The notes beneath the pieces were generated by a model. It did no database searches and was not told the origin of the DNA. It saw nothing but the letters and a program-made list of their open reading frames with translations. Of a stretch of 64,000 nucleotides of DNA, positions 21,101 through 29,055 are shown one piece after another. A program made the position numbers and the translations under genes. How positions within the stretch are numbered: the first letter of the stretch is position 1; every line of letters starts with the position of its first letter. Source of the DNA: Alphaproteobacteria bacterium (GTDB lineage Bacteria > Pseudomonadota > Alphaproteobacteria > UBA9219); contig JABDFY010000006.1 in assembly GCA_013286365.1 (NCBI GenBank), positions 1,881 through 65,880 of the forward strand. Reading direction: 5' to 3'.

Positions 21101-21148
21101 CGCTCGGTGAAAGCACGGGGCGTAACGGGAATGATCACGGTGCATTAG
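15185..21148 (+). CDS. Bacterial alpha-2-macroglobulin family protein with thioester motif (YfhM/ECAM-like)
   Basis: 1,987 aa from ATG 15185, with GGAG 9 nt upstream. Signal peptide MKQWVATIAFCLLLSPVFA. Thioester CTEQ in FPYGCTEQIVSKAFP at nt 19676-19687. Length and repeated beta-sandwich-like sequence fit the A2M family, and the gene is immediately followed by pbpC. Confidence 0.85.
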   Translation: MKQWVATIAFCLLLSPVFAANTSQLPVTANKVEGPVKGQLTDPIKLNVENPTILPRVTNKDDLSVTFCTNMYFSNGFWSIRSYCSSPDRQLHLAGRRQLTGIHMTPEVEGQWRWESDYNLVFTPKNTWTPAQDYKIQFDPSIFPDNVKLVDGNYHFAAETLNAHISNMEFFQDPNDVEKRGVNTVITFNTPVDAQVVKDHIKFVLDELTDNNNPTQRKTISSAENLPFDLIMNDDGTEATIATAIKSLPDKERFLKATIQPGLKAIAGGEPLAVGKPGELEQRVRIPSRYDYASISQIELHMIKNEHYVPEQILIVQSNVPISNDELTKHLKIYQLPADKPSIAKDEKPIKNYAWSSATEVTDDMLAQAPEVKFSLNPTADNAATMHSIKLDIEPGHWLYVRVSKGLTTKGDYILADNHNDTVKAPQYSKEVKILSDGGLLSLSGDKKISIYSLGAQKLHFEIERVENDDINHLASQTRGNFENPSFDNYNFSSHNIAENFSQDVDVPSTDLRKPQFLAFDFAPYLSKTSVDRKLDYTSDPKGHGLFFLTIQAMAKDDKGKDTIVSADHRFILVSDLGFVVKTSANGAHDVFVQSIKSGKPVSSAKVEVLGLNGLPIATVETDGKGHAVLPSLQGLTDDKQPIAYVVRDGDDLAFMSYTAYDRKLNYSQFDTEGLEGSSEDLHAYMFSDRGIYRPGEEGHIGIVVKQGDWAKDLSGVPLQLEVTNPRGQVIDQPVIKLNAQGLAEYHFVTQDTSPTGTYNFRLSIEKEEQTDNDNADESDNEESRHEGHRGHRQDVSHQEIKTSQLGSTSVHVEEFLPDTLKITSQFNKPISKGWLSPDGLRATVSLQHLYGAPAVDHRIKASLNIAPDSFIFKEFPDYQFFDPLKPAKNFDQPIGEAQTDAEGKASFNLSLTQFGTSTYRLTFQSEGFAQDSGRSVHTENSVLISSLPYVIGMKIDGNLGYINKSEKRIVQLIAVNSDLTQIDVPDVKFKLAQVEYISTLIKNESGAYEYSSVPKETIVSTGNLPVAAKGTSTVLDSSKPGSFALILVDAKDTILQRIDYTVVGEGNLLGHAKKNAIISVKLNKTKYDTEDTITMNIISPYTGTGLITLETDKVLAFKWFKAETTSTMQSIEIPKGFTGKGYVNVQFVRSLDSKEIFTTPFAYDVEPFFVKTDSIDSQIALTVPENAKPGDTFSIGYKTKTPGKIIIYGVDEGILQYAHYLTPDPLNYFVDRRALNVETAQILDLLMPEYSILQSLSATGGGGGEDELLGKSLNPFKRKSIPPVAFWSGIIDSDSTLRAFHYTVPDSFNGSLRIMAIAVSDQTLGAFENREYVKGDIIISPNVPTFAAPGDEFTVGLSVANNIVGSGKDAKIKLTVTPSEHLDVIEGKNSELVVAENGEAKANIRVKAKDVLGGATLTFNATSGKATARIDETLSVRPPTPNMTSLLSGYAENGEKQVKQDRDLYKEFATADAAVSTLPISLIPGLAQYLDQFPYGCTEQIVSKAFPAVILSGQTELGADAKVVQDSVDHTMRHLREVQNDKGGFGYWWYGGDADDFVSVYALHYMLMAKEKHLPVPDETFRKAQEYVKNMVNRSPSSLDQARNQAYGIYILTRSGVVTANYLPNLLQYLNDAQKDEWKNDLTAVYLAAAYKLMKLEPEANQLMNEFTLGDPVYWNTHHFYFNQYRFYNSLNRYAQYLAVMSDHFPEMLTKMDRNILFRIANFIGDGNYNTLSSSYAIMGLSAYGQASTALAKANMAISQQDEHGAWKPLALTGEQIKRAQLALSRSDVKFSGGGDIGLFYQLATEGYDRVHATQPIEDGLEIKRDYLNADHKPVTDVKIGDTVIVVVTMRAHDNKTLENMAMVDLLPSGFEVVPESITRPTADAAANENNSDEDEGNDDNNMAQKTSDKNNADDNFAAQIWSPEAVDAREDRVIAFGAVPSNDVIYHYRIKAVNAGTFTVPPAYVESMYERSVKARGVTGMITVH

Positions 21149-21157
21149 GCAAAGTCC

Positions 21158-23491
21158 ATGTCAATTTTATTGCGCCGCATAATCGGTTTTATTCTGATTA
21201 GTTGCGCTATTGTTTTTGTAAGCTTGACTGTGGCGTTCCTTGTTCACAAGCCGCCGTTGCTCGACAATATCAGCTTCTCCCGCGCGGTATATGACCGTCA
21301 TGGGCAATTGTTGCGCCTCACATTATCCACGGACCAAAAATACCGCCTCTTCACGTCGCTAAAGGATATTTCGCCACAGTTTCGTGAGGCTGTCTTGCTG
21401 CACGAAGACAAATATTTTTACAGCCACATCGGCGTCAACCCACTTTCGCTCATTCGCGCCACATGGCAAACCGCGACTGGTGGTCGCAAAATCGGGGCTT
21501 CAACGATCTCCATGCAATTAGCGCGGTTGGAGTATGGTATTCATAGCCATCATATAGCCGGCAAACTGATGCAAATTGCGCGCGCATTACAGCTCGAAGC
21601 ACATTACAGCAAAGGTGAATTGTTAGAAGCCTATCTCAATCGCGCGTCCTACGGCTACAATATTGAAGGTGTCGGCGCGGCAACGGCTATTTATTTCCAT
21701 AAAACGCCGCAACGTCTTACCCTGCCAGAAGCCCTTACGCTTGCCGTCATCCCGCAAAGTCCTTCACGCCGCAAGCCCAGTTCATATGCGCCAGACAAGC
21801 CTGCCTTGATTGATGCGCGTAATCGTTTGTTCGCTCAATGGCTCAATGCACATCCCTCTGACAGAATTCAACAAGCCTATTTCGCTTTACCTCTCATGGT
21901 TTTTGGTCGCAGTGATTTACCATTTGCTCTGCCGCAACTGACCCATGATCTGCTGACAAGAAATCGACATGATCAACACATCACGGCCTCTGTAGATCTT
22001 GATACGCAAGACTTATTGACCGATATTTTGCGAAAATATGTTGGCGATCATCATGAGATTGGCATTCGCAACGCTAGCGCATTGCTAGTCGATACACTCA
22101 ATATGCATGTGATTGCCAGCATCGGCTCGGTTGATTTCGCCAATGCAGAAATTAATGGACAAGTCGATGGTACGCGTGCGAAACGTTCGCCGGGTTCGAC
22201 ATTGAAGCCATTTATTTATGCGCTGGCGATCGATCAAGGGCTAATTCATCCGCTCAGCATTCTTTATGATGTACCAGTTAATTTTGGTAGTTATGCGCCC
22301 GACAATTATGACAAGGACTTTCGCGGCCCTATTTCGGCACGTGATGCCTTGCGCCTCAGTCGTAATATTCCGGCCCTCAGACTGGCCGCCGAAATTCAGA
22401 AGCCTGATTTGTATGACTTCATCAAGAACGCCGGAATCACAGGCCTTCGTGATCGTGCGCAGTATGGTTTATCGCTGGTTTTGGGAGGCGCTGAAGTCAC
22501 CATGCGTGAACTGGCAACGCTCTATGCCATGCTTGCGAATGACGGCGTGCTAAAACCACTGATCACCGATGTCGACAATGCCACACTTGATAAACCTCGG
22601 CGCCTTCTTAGTCCTGAAGCTAGTTTCATGACATTGGATATGCTGGCGACACGACCGAAAGAATACACAACTTCACGTGACCGCGTCGTTTATTGGAAAA
22701 CCGGCACATCCAACGGTTTTCATGATGCCTGGACAGCCGGAGTCTTCGGACATTATGTGTTGGTGGTATGGGTCGGTAATTTCAATGGCTCTAATAATCC
22801 GGCTTTTGTGGGCGCACGTGCTGCTGCACCGGTTTTCTTCCAAATGATTGATGCGGTAAATGCAAGTGAGTCTAACCACGATATAATTGCATCAAAAGCG
22901 CAACATTTGCGTCTGCGTAAAATAGATGTCTGCGCTACGACAGGTGATGTTTCGCTCGAAAATTGTCCGGCATCGGACAAAGGATGGTTTATTCCAGGGG
23001 TCTCACCCATTCACAATCATGATATCTATCGCAAGATTCTAGTCGATCTCCGTACCGGCGAACGCGCATGCTATTTTCAATCAGGTATCACAGACTATCG
23101 TACCTTTGAAATCTGGCCGACCGAATTGCAACACACCCTGGAAAGCGCGGGTATTCACAAAACACCGTTACCGCAATGGCAGAAAAGCTGTTCTGAATCT
23201 GCCGATGCAGAAACAATAAATGACGGTCAAAAACCTACTATCACCTCGCCGCAATCTGGCATCGAATATCATGCACATGTTAATGATACGAACGACACCG
23301 TACCCTTCATCGCCAATGCCGACGGCGATGCGCAAACGATGCATTGGTTTCTGAACAATAAGTATCTAGGTGCATCCAAACCCGCTGAACCCTTTTCTTG
23401 GCACCCCGAACCTGGACAATATTACGTCCGCGTCGTCGATGATCGGGGTCGTTCCAACACCACGAATTTACTGGTTGTGTCGATGCCATAG
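21158..23491 (+). CDS. pbpC: Penicillin-binding protein 1C (GT51 transglycosylase + transpeptidase)
   Basis: GT51 motifs EDKYFYSHIGVNP and GASTISMQLAR. Transpeptidase motifs SPGSTLKP (SxxK), SRN and KTGTS. Starts 9 nt after the A2M stop. Confidence 0.9.
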   Translation: MSILLRRIIGFILISCAIVFVSLTVAFLVHKPPLLDNISFSRAVYDRHGQLLRLTLSTDQKYRLFTSLKDISPQFREAVLLHEDKYFYSHIGVNPLSLIRATWQTATGGRKIGASTISMQLARLEYGIHSHHIAGKLMQIARALQLEAHYSKGELLEAYLNRASYGYNIEGVGAATAIYFHKTPQRLTLPEALTLAVIPQSPSRRKPSSYAPDKPALIDARNRLFAQWLNAHPSDRIQQAYFALPLMVFGRSDLPFALPQLTHDLLTRNRHDQHITASVDLDTQDLLTDILRKYVGDHHEIGIRNASALLVDTLNMHVIASIGSVDFANAEINGQVDGTRAKRSPGSTLKPFIYALAIDQGLIHPLSILYDVPVNFGSYAPDNYDKDFRGPISARDALRLSRNIPALRLAAEIQKPDLYDFIKNAGITGLRDRAQYGLSLVLGGAEVTMRELATLYAMLANDGVLKPLITDVDNATLDKPRRLLSPEASFMTLDMLATRPKEYTTSRDRVVYWKTGTSNGFHDAWTAGVFGHYVLVVWVGNFNGSNNPAFVGARAAAPVFFQMIDAVNASESNHDIIASKAQHLRLRKIDVCATTGDVSLENCPASDKGWFIPGVSPIHNHDIYRKILVDLRTGERACYFQSGITDYRTFEIWPTELQHTLESAGIHKTPLPQWQKSCSESADAETINDGQKPTITSPQSGIEYHAHVNDTNDTVPFIANADGDAQTMHWFLNNKYLGASKPAEPFSWHPEPGQYYVRVVDDRGRSNTTNLLVVSMP

Positions 23492-23614
23492 AGGCCACTG
23501 CTTTTCACAAGAAGCACGTTACACTCTTATGCAAAATGTGTGAAAGCCTGAAAAGTTTGCTTTTTCACTTGTATTCTTAGGTAGCTAATACATTGGTTCC
23601 AGAGGCACTCAAAA

Positions 23615-23660
23615 CCTTCGCGCGGTAGAGGTTACAGGTTAGATCCCTGTCGCGCCACCA
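23615..23660 (+). repeat. Degenerate copy of the tRNA-Val 3-prime end
   Basis: ccttcgcgcggtagaggttacaggttagatccctgtcgcgccacca differs from the 47-bp core at about 8 positions, including one deletion, by my manual alignment. It is followed by tttttttgaagga, which resembles the flank of the intact tRNA. Confidence 0.7.
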
Positions 23661-23868
23661 TTTTTTTGAAGGAACCAGATAATCACCTTGTTATTTAGCT
23701 CACCTATCCACTATTATCTGACGACGTACATATATGGATATGCCAAGCATAGAGCAGGGCTATAATGCTTTATGATTGTTTCACCGGATTGACATAAAAA
23801 CTCTACCCCGCACAATTTCCAGATGCTAGATTTCTAAGAATAGCCATTCACTTAATTGGACAAAAACC

Positions 23869-24150
23869 ATGCGCTCACCTGAAAAACTTGAAAAATTACT
23901 GCATGAAGTTCTATTAGCGGCGGGGATCAAGGTTGCTTCGATCCGGGTTGTCGAAAAACCCAACCCGAGAATTACTTTTGAACTTTATTATCAGCCGGAA
24001 GGTTTTTTTGCCGATAGAAAAAACAAAGGTTCCATGGAAGACAAAGTGCTCAATTCTCTTCTAGACTACGATAAAGCAAACCCCGGTAATGAATGGAGCC
24101 TTTGGCCAGAAGATACCGAATATCACTATGTATTCACTCGCGGCCCATGA
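23869..24150 (+). CDS. Hypothetical protein (93 aa)
   Basis: ORF only; no motif recognised. Confidence 0.3.
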   Translation: MRSPEKLEKLLHEVLLAAGIKVASIRVVEKPNPRITFELYYQPEGFFADRKNKGSMEDKVLNSLLDYDKANPGNEWSLWPEDTEYHYVFTRGP

Positions 24151-24382
24151 GAAACCTAAAAGCTCTTGGCAAATCCAGCGCAACCTGCTTCAGCACCGCT
24201 ACGGTCTGCTCAGCTATGAACCTTTTCTTCTACAGGACACCTCGTCTCTTAGCTTGTTTTTCTTTTCCTCTGACTTCATATGATCATTAAGATGCCCCCA
24301 AAGAAGCGGGTCGTCCTTTCGGTGATTGAAGCTTTGGCATAACAGCAGAAATGAGAAATATATTCTCCAAAAGAGCAACCTC

Positions 24383-25015
24383 ATGCGCACATTATATCAA
24401 ATAATCTTTGGCGTATTTTTGACAGCGACCTTTACACTGCTATCATTGAACGTGCAGGCACAAGAATGTAAGTTAAATCAACACCCCGTCATTCCCGATT
24501 GCGTGAAAGGTTTCGGTTGCAAACCTGAAACAGGGACATTGATTTGCATTCAGGGGGGAAAACCTTTGGGGGAGTGGAAAATGGTGCAGGGTAAGCATAT
24601 TGGGTATGAAAAAACGTATGATTACATGGGAGGTTACACCGAACAAACCGTTGACGAAAACGGTAAGATTGACGGTTTATCCAAACGATACTCGGCGCAG
24701 GGCATGATGCTTTCTGAGCGAGAATACAGTCATGATCAATTGAACGGCAAATCACATGACTATTTTTCAGATGGTAAACCCAAAAGTGTTTCGTGGTGGG
24801 AGCACGGCACGCGGAAATTTGACGTTGATTACACACAGACAGGTGACATTATAAATCTTATGTGCGGTAAACAGCACTATATGGAGGAAGATATAGCTCT
24901 CTGCGGCTTTGGCGGTAAACCCGCCACAAACACCTTGACCGTAATACTCAATGGAACGAAAGACGTGACCTATCTGAACGGCGCGCTTATCAGTACGGTT
25001 TATCATCCGAAGTAA
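24383..25015 (+). CDS. Secreted MORN-variant / YwqK-like repeat protein (tentative)
   Basis: Signal peptide MRTLYQIIFGVFLTATFTLLSLNVQA from ATG 24383. Contains G-x-x-G...Y...nG-type repeats, for example DENGKIDGLSKRYSAQGMMLSEREYSHDQLNGKSHDYFSDGKPK. Confidence 0.4.
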   Translation: MRTLYQIIFGVFLTATFTLLSLNVQAQECKLNQHPVIPDCVKGFGCKPETGTLICIQGGKPLGEWKMVQGKHIGYEKTYDYMGGYTEQTVDENGKIDGLSKRYSAQGMMLSEREYSHDQLNGKSHDYFSDGKPKSVSWWEHGTRKFDVDYTQTGDIINLMCGKQHYMEEDIALCGFGGKPATNTLTVILNGTKDVTYLNGALISTVYHPK

Positions 25016-25120
25016 TGATCGTCCACGTGCATGTAGCGCATCGACATAATCTGCGGAAGAGGTGGGGACAACATAAATGAGTGGGATTAACCCTCGATTA
25101 ATGCCCCTTATGCTAGGAAA

Positions 25121-26026
25121 TTGTTAATCAAGAAATGGGCTTATCGCGATATCCCCACCGTTGCTCTGTCCTTATCGCCAAATGCAGAAATGGTCTCAAA
25201 TTGGAAGGACCCGGGTATGGAAAAAATAAAAATCTATTCTCCCGGACAGATAGGCGGTGCTTCATTTTGGGCAGGCCCTCTTGCGGGCATATATTTGCTT
25301 AAAAAGAATTTCGACGCTCTCGGCAACAAGATATGGGCAAAGAAAACCATTATTTGGGGAACTATTTATACCGCGGGCATGTTTCTTCTCATTTTTCTGG
25401 TTCCCAAGGAAGCAGGCCTACCCTTGGAACTAGTTAACGTAAACATTGCCTGGCAGCTTGCACGTCGATATCAAATGACGAAAAAAGATATTCAATGTTC
25501 TGAACAATATGGATTTCAGTCTAATTGGAAAGTTTTCTGGACCGTGGTTGTTTCCGCAATTGTGACGATAGCCATAATTGCCGTGATAGTCATATTTACC
25601 CCAGCGTCGCTAAGTATCATAAAACAGGATGCACAGCGCGGCGATGCGGAGTCGCAATACGAGCTTGGCATGTTCTATTATGAAGGGGATATGGGGCTGA
25701 AGGAAGACAAGACCGAAGCCGTTAAATGGTTACGCAAATCCGCCGATCAAGGAATGCCTGAAGCGCAGCATAATCTTGGTGTCGCTTATCATGAAGGTTC
25801 TGGCGGATTACCGCAAGATGAGGCAGAAGCCTTTAAATGGTGGCGCAAAGCAGCCGATCAAGGTTTTGCCGAATCCCAGTATAATCTCGGAATAATCTAC
25901 AGTTCGGGTGTCATCGTTAAACCGGACATACAAGAGGCCAAAAAATGGTTCCAGAAAGCTGCCGACCAAGGGGACGAAGATGCAAAAGAGGAATTGAAAA
26001 AACTTCAAGTGCGAAAAGCCGACTAG
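25121..26026 (+). CDS. Membrane-anchored Sel1-like (SLR/TPR-type) repeat protein
   Basis: Hydrophobic N-terminal half, then three to four Sel1 repeats: GDAESQYELGMFYYEG...AVKWLRKSADQGMPEAQHNLGVAYHEG...AFKWWRKAADQGFAESQYNLGIIY...AKKWFQKAADQGDEDA. The start is uncertain: TTG 25121, ATG 25190 or ATG 25217. Confidence 0.75.
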   Translation: MLIKKWAYRDIPTVALSLSPNAEMVSNWKDPGMEKIKIYSPGQIGGASFWAGPLAGIYLLKKNFDALGNKIWAKKTIIWGTIYTAGMFLLIFLVPKEAGLPLELVNVNIAWQLARRYQMTKKDIQCSEQYGFQSNWKVFWTVVVSAIVTIAIIAVIVIFTPASLSIIKQDAQRGDAESQYELGMFYYEGDMGLKEDKTEAVKWLRKSADQGMPEAQHNLGVAYHEGSGGLPQDEAEAFKWWRKAADQGFAESQYNLGIIYSSGVIVKPDIQEAKKWFQKAADQGDEDAKEELKKLQVRKAD

Positions 26027-26188
26027 GGTTGAAGGAAATGAATGGCTTGTGAGCTGCCTCGGTATCCAAGTACTGCAATTCAGCATTTCTTGCATATATA
26101 CATGTCCCATTGGGTACGCTGAAGTTTGCTTTTTTAATAAATCCTCTTTACGTTGCCATCCCCTGCTCATCTATCCATAAAGAAATAT

Positions 26189-26713
26189 ATGCATAGCCAT
26201 AAAACTTTCTTGATTAGTTTTCTTCTTGCCGCAATTGTATTTAATAATATTGCGTTAGCTGCCAATGACCCTGGCGTAAAGGCAGTATTAGACAAGATTG
26301 AGATTGTCCCGGGCGCGTCTCTCGGCGACATTAAGCTGAATGCCACGGAAGCTGATCTTTTGGCGTTAGGCTTTACGCGAGACTCGCTGCGTCTGGCAAA
26401 GGATTACACATATTTTGTTAAACCACCTTTTTTGACCCGTGTGAAAGGCAACAGCGTGGTAGAAATCTGGCTTGAACATATCGGAAGTCTCAGAAATCGT
26501 CTTGTTTACAACGGGCAGACACTTCCTCGAGAACTGTCAGAGTCGTCCATCAGACAATTCTTTCTGGGCTGCCAACGAAAAGATGAATCCGGTGGATATG
26601 AGCTCTATTGTAACCATGCAGAAATCAGGGTGTCGTACTCTTACGGTACAAAGGACTGGTCCCTTGGCGTCCTATCAGATGGCAAGATGATGTTAAATTC
26701 GGAAGCCCCATGA
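26189..26713 (+). CDS. Secreted hypothetical protein
   Basis: Signal peptide MHSHKTFLISFLLAAIVFNNIALA from ATG 26189. No other motif. Confidence 0.4.
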   Translation: MHSHKTFLISFLLAAIVFNNIALAANDPGVKAVLDKIEIVPGASLGDIKLNATEADLLALGFTRDSLRLAKDYTYFVKPPFLTRVKGNSVVEIWLEHIGSLRNRLVYNGQTLPRELSESSIRQFFLGCQRKDESGGYELYCNHAEIRVSYSYGTKDWSLGVLSDGKMMLNSEAP

Positions 26714-27143
26714 CGCATTTGGTTAGATGTCTTGTCGTTTCATTGAAATAAGGATACTGGCCTAGGCGCTGCTTACGAAGCGACACAACACAAACATCGT
26801 TCTGATATCAGCTAAGTCCTGGCTTTCAACGTTGCGTTAGCAACGACTCCGAGGCGGACAAGTGTTGATCGCATAAAGATCGCGATCCACGCGAGCAAGA
26901 GGACGAAGATAAAATTTGGGGCTACTCCATCTAAGGCGGCCTGCTAAGATGGAAAATATGGCAGTCATTGATCCAAAATAATTTCTGGCTCATAGGTTAC
27001 CTTCGTAAGCCTTTGAATTATAAAAATTCAGTTGGGTATAGAGCCTCATATTAACAATTAATATAGTATTAATATATGCATTGGTAAGTTTCAGGCGTCA
27101 GCATCTGCGGTAGTTGCGTCTTTCGTCTGAAAAAGAATTCCTC

Positions 27144-27629
27144 ATGAAAAAATTCTCTTTAATCCTAAGCAACGTTTTGGTGGCAATGTTTCTTGCTTTG
27201 GCGGCCTCGACAGCGCAAGCAACTGAAGCTGAGACACGCGACGCTCTATACGAACTGTCGGCAAAACACTGCATTTATCACTCCAAAGCCACCGTTCAAC
27301 CCGCAGTTCAAGCATTGACGGCTGAAACTTTGCAAATTCTTCCGAAACGCCAAATCGTCTTCTGCCCTAATCCTAAACTTGGCAGTAACCTGGCTGTGGT
27401 TTGGTATGGCGAGCACAAGTCGATTGTTTGGAACCCTGAAGTTCAAGGTGCCGTCGAGCTTTTGGCCAAAAAGCTGGATGAAATGTCGCGCAATGATCAG
27501 TTTCCTCCGGGCGTTGAACCTTGGTATGCCGATGGTACGCAACCCAAACCAGGCACGAATGTTCCTGGTTTTGATTATGCGATAAAGTTCGATTGGCAGG
27601 ATCAACGTGGTTGGTATGATAACGAGTGA
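27144..27629 (+). CDS. Secreted hypothetical protein
   Basis: Signal peptide MKKFSLILSNVLVAMFLALAASTAQA from ATG 27144. Confidence 0.4.
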   Translation: MKKFSLILSNVLVAMFLALAASTAQATEAETRDALYELSAKHCIYHSKATVQPAVQALTAETLQILPKRQIVFCPNPKLGSNLAVVWYGEHKSIVWNPEVQGAVELLAKKLDEMSRNDQFPPGVEPWYADGTQPKPGTNVPGFDYAIKFDWQDQRGWYDNE

Positions 27630-27668
27630 CGGTATTGATTTCTTCCTCATCTTAGCTTGGAGTAAAAC

Positions 27669-28235
27669 ATGAAAAAGTTAGTTCTTTCGACAGTCGGACT
27701 CGTTCTTACCCTATCAAATATTGCGTTTGCTCAAAATATGCAGGAACTGGGTCGAATACCAGTACCACCCGTAACTACGGTTGCCCCACAAGCCCTTACT
27801 ACTGTGTCTACTGGCTTAAGCCTTGCGGATCGCGAAACTCTTAGTGGTGTTGAAACAGCAGCTAATCAATCAGCCGCCGCAGTGCAAGCCGCATGCGGTA
27901 ATTCATCGTTTGTGTTTAATTACAACTGGGCAGCCTATGACCAAGTCGATTACAAGCTAGCTATGGACCCGAACGTCACAAAAATCCAATTCATGAGCCG
28001 CGCGTCCATGTTTTCAAGCGATGTGTCTAAAGCCTTGGTCCAGATTTGTGCCAACCCCGCAGGCAGAACGGCGGTAGCGCAATTGACTGGGGTTAATCTG
28101 ACGCCTCGTCCCGACAACACCAAAGGCTTCGGTATGCATGTCGTCAAAAATGGCACGATATTGGATGCCGATTACTACCCTTTCGGCCGTAGCGGGTCGC
28201 AGGATTTAGCGGCGGATATTAAGAAGGCATTGTAA
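27669..28235 (+). CDS. Secreted hypothetical protein
   Basis: Signal peptide MKKLVLSTVGLVLTLSNIAFA. No other motif. Confidence 0.4.
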   Translation: MKKLVLSTVGLVLTLSNIAFAQNMQELGRIPVPPVTTVAPQALTTVSTGLSLADRETLSGVETAANQSAAAVQAACGNSSFVFNYNWAAYDQVDYKLAMDPNVTKIQFMSRASMFSSDVSKALVQICANPAGRTAVAQLTGVNLTPRPDNTKGFGMHVVKNGTILDADYYPFGRSGSQDLAADIKKAL

Positions 28236-28334
28236 GCCAGCAGTCTCAGGAAAGCTGGTGAAAAACCCTTTTCTTATAAATTCTCAGGCTACTACTCAGA
28301 CTCAACACCATGTAACTGAGAAAATTATTTCCTC

Positions 28335-28589
28335 ATGAAAAACTTAATAATGTTGATCTGTTGCCTTTTAGGCGCCGCCCCCGTTTACGCGGACACGGAT
28401 AATTTTTGTTTGAATGGCTGTCTACAAAAAGGCACGGCCTATGAATTGTGCGAAAAGGATTGTTCCTACGACGCAAACGGGCAGTCGTCTCCGTCATCAA
28501 CTACAATTCAGATTGATGACAAATGCATGGTCGAGTGCGCAAAGCAAGGGTACTTGGACGATCTATGCAAGAAGAAATGTTCGTATTGA
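28335..28589 (+). CDS. Small secreted cysteine-rich protein with duplicated twin-CX3C module
   Basis: Signal peptide MKNLIMLICCLLGAAPVYA, then CLNGC-x9-CEKDC-SY and CMVEC-x9-CKKKC-SY. Confidence 0.5.
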   Translation: MKNLIMLICCLLGAAPVYADTDNFCLNGCLQKGTAYELCEKDCSYDANGQSSPSSTTIQIDDKCMVECAKQGYLDDLCKKKCSY

Positions 28590-28767
28590 TGATGCATGAG
28601 GACTACTCGGTTAACGTTATTGGCCAATCCCCGATATTGAGTCCGTGTACCAATAAGCTTGGCGACCGTGCCACAAAAAAATAGACAATCAAGATGGGGT
28701 AACTTTGGGGCAGCTAAAAAACGTTGAGCAAATTCATTCTTTTCTCTTCAATGTAATAGGCTTTCTT

Positions 28768-28789
28768 TTCAATCCATGTCGCACCACCA
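28768..28789 (+). repeat. Short degenerate copy of the tRNA-Val T-arm/acceptor end plus homologous downstream flank
   Basis: ttcaatccatgtcgcaccacca against ttcaatccctgtcgcacccacca. The following flank, actttttcaaagagttagcaattttagggagg, aligns with the flank of the intact tRNA, cgcttttcaatgggttagctttttgaaggagg. Confidence 0.6.
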
Positions 28790-29055
28790 ACTTTTTCAAA
28801 GAGTTAGCAATTTTAGGGAGGAGCACAGTCTTTGACATTAATAGAATGGTCGCTAGCTCTCATCCACTGCGAGAAGCTCAATAGGGTTTTGGCTAATGAA
28901 GCCAACCAAAGCGCGAAGGTTCAGATCAATCGGAATGCTATAAAAAACAAAGCATGGTGCTTAAAAGAAATTTTGAAGTTTGCATAAAACACGCGGGCCA
29001 CGTATATCAATATCAGTTTTTTATGCGCTAAAATTAACAAATAAATGGCGTTGCC

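Noticed and set aside
20594-21145. Cluster of five overlapping ORFs (both strands) at the 3-prime end of the A2M gene
   Set aside because: They are generated by the low-complexity GAT/GAA/AAT-rich tract inside a 6-kb ORF that has strong family features. None shows any independent coding signal.
23575-23660. Whether the degenerate tRNA-like copies (23575-23660, 32110-32174) are extra functional tRNA genes
   Set aside because: Upstream sequence shows only faint similarity to the D-arm (gtagct, cagagg). No 5-prime acceptor strand can pair with the 3-prime end, and the T-arm pairing is broken. At best these are pseudogene or att remnants.
26714-27113. 400-bp gap containing a short hydrophobic reading frame on the minus strand (APNFIFVLLLAWIAIFMRSTLV...)
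   Set aside because: It has no start codon upstream of the hydrophobic stretch and no RBS. It could be a gene remnant, but I cannot support that.
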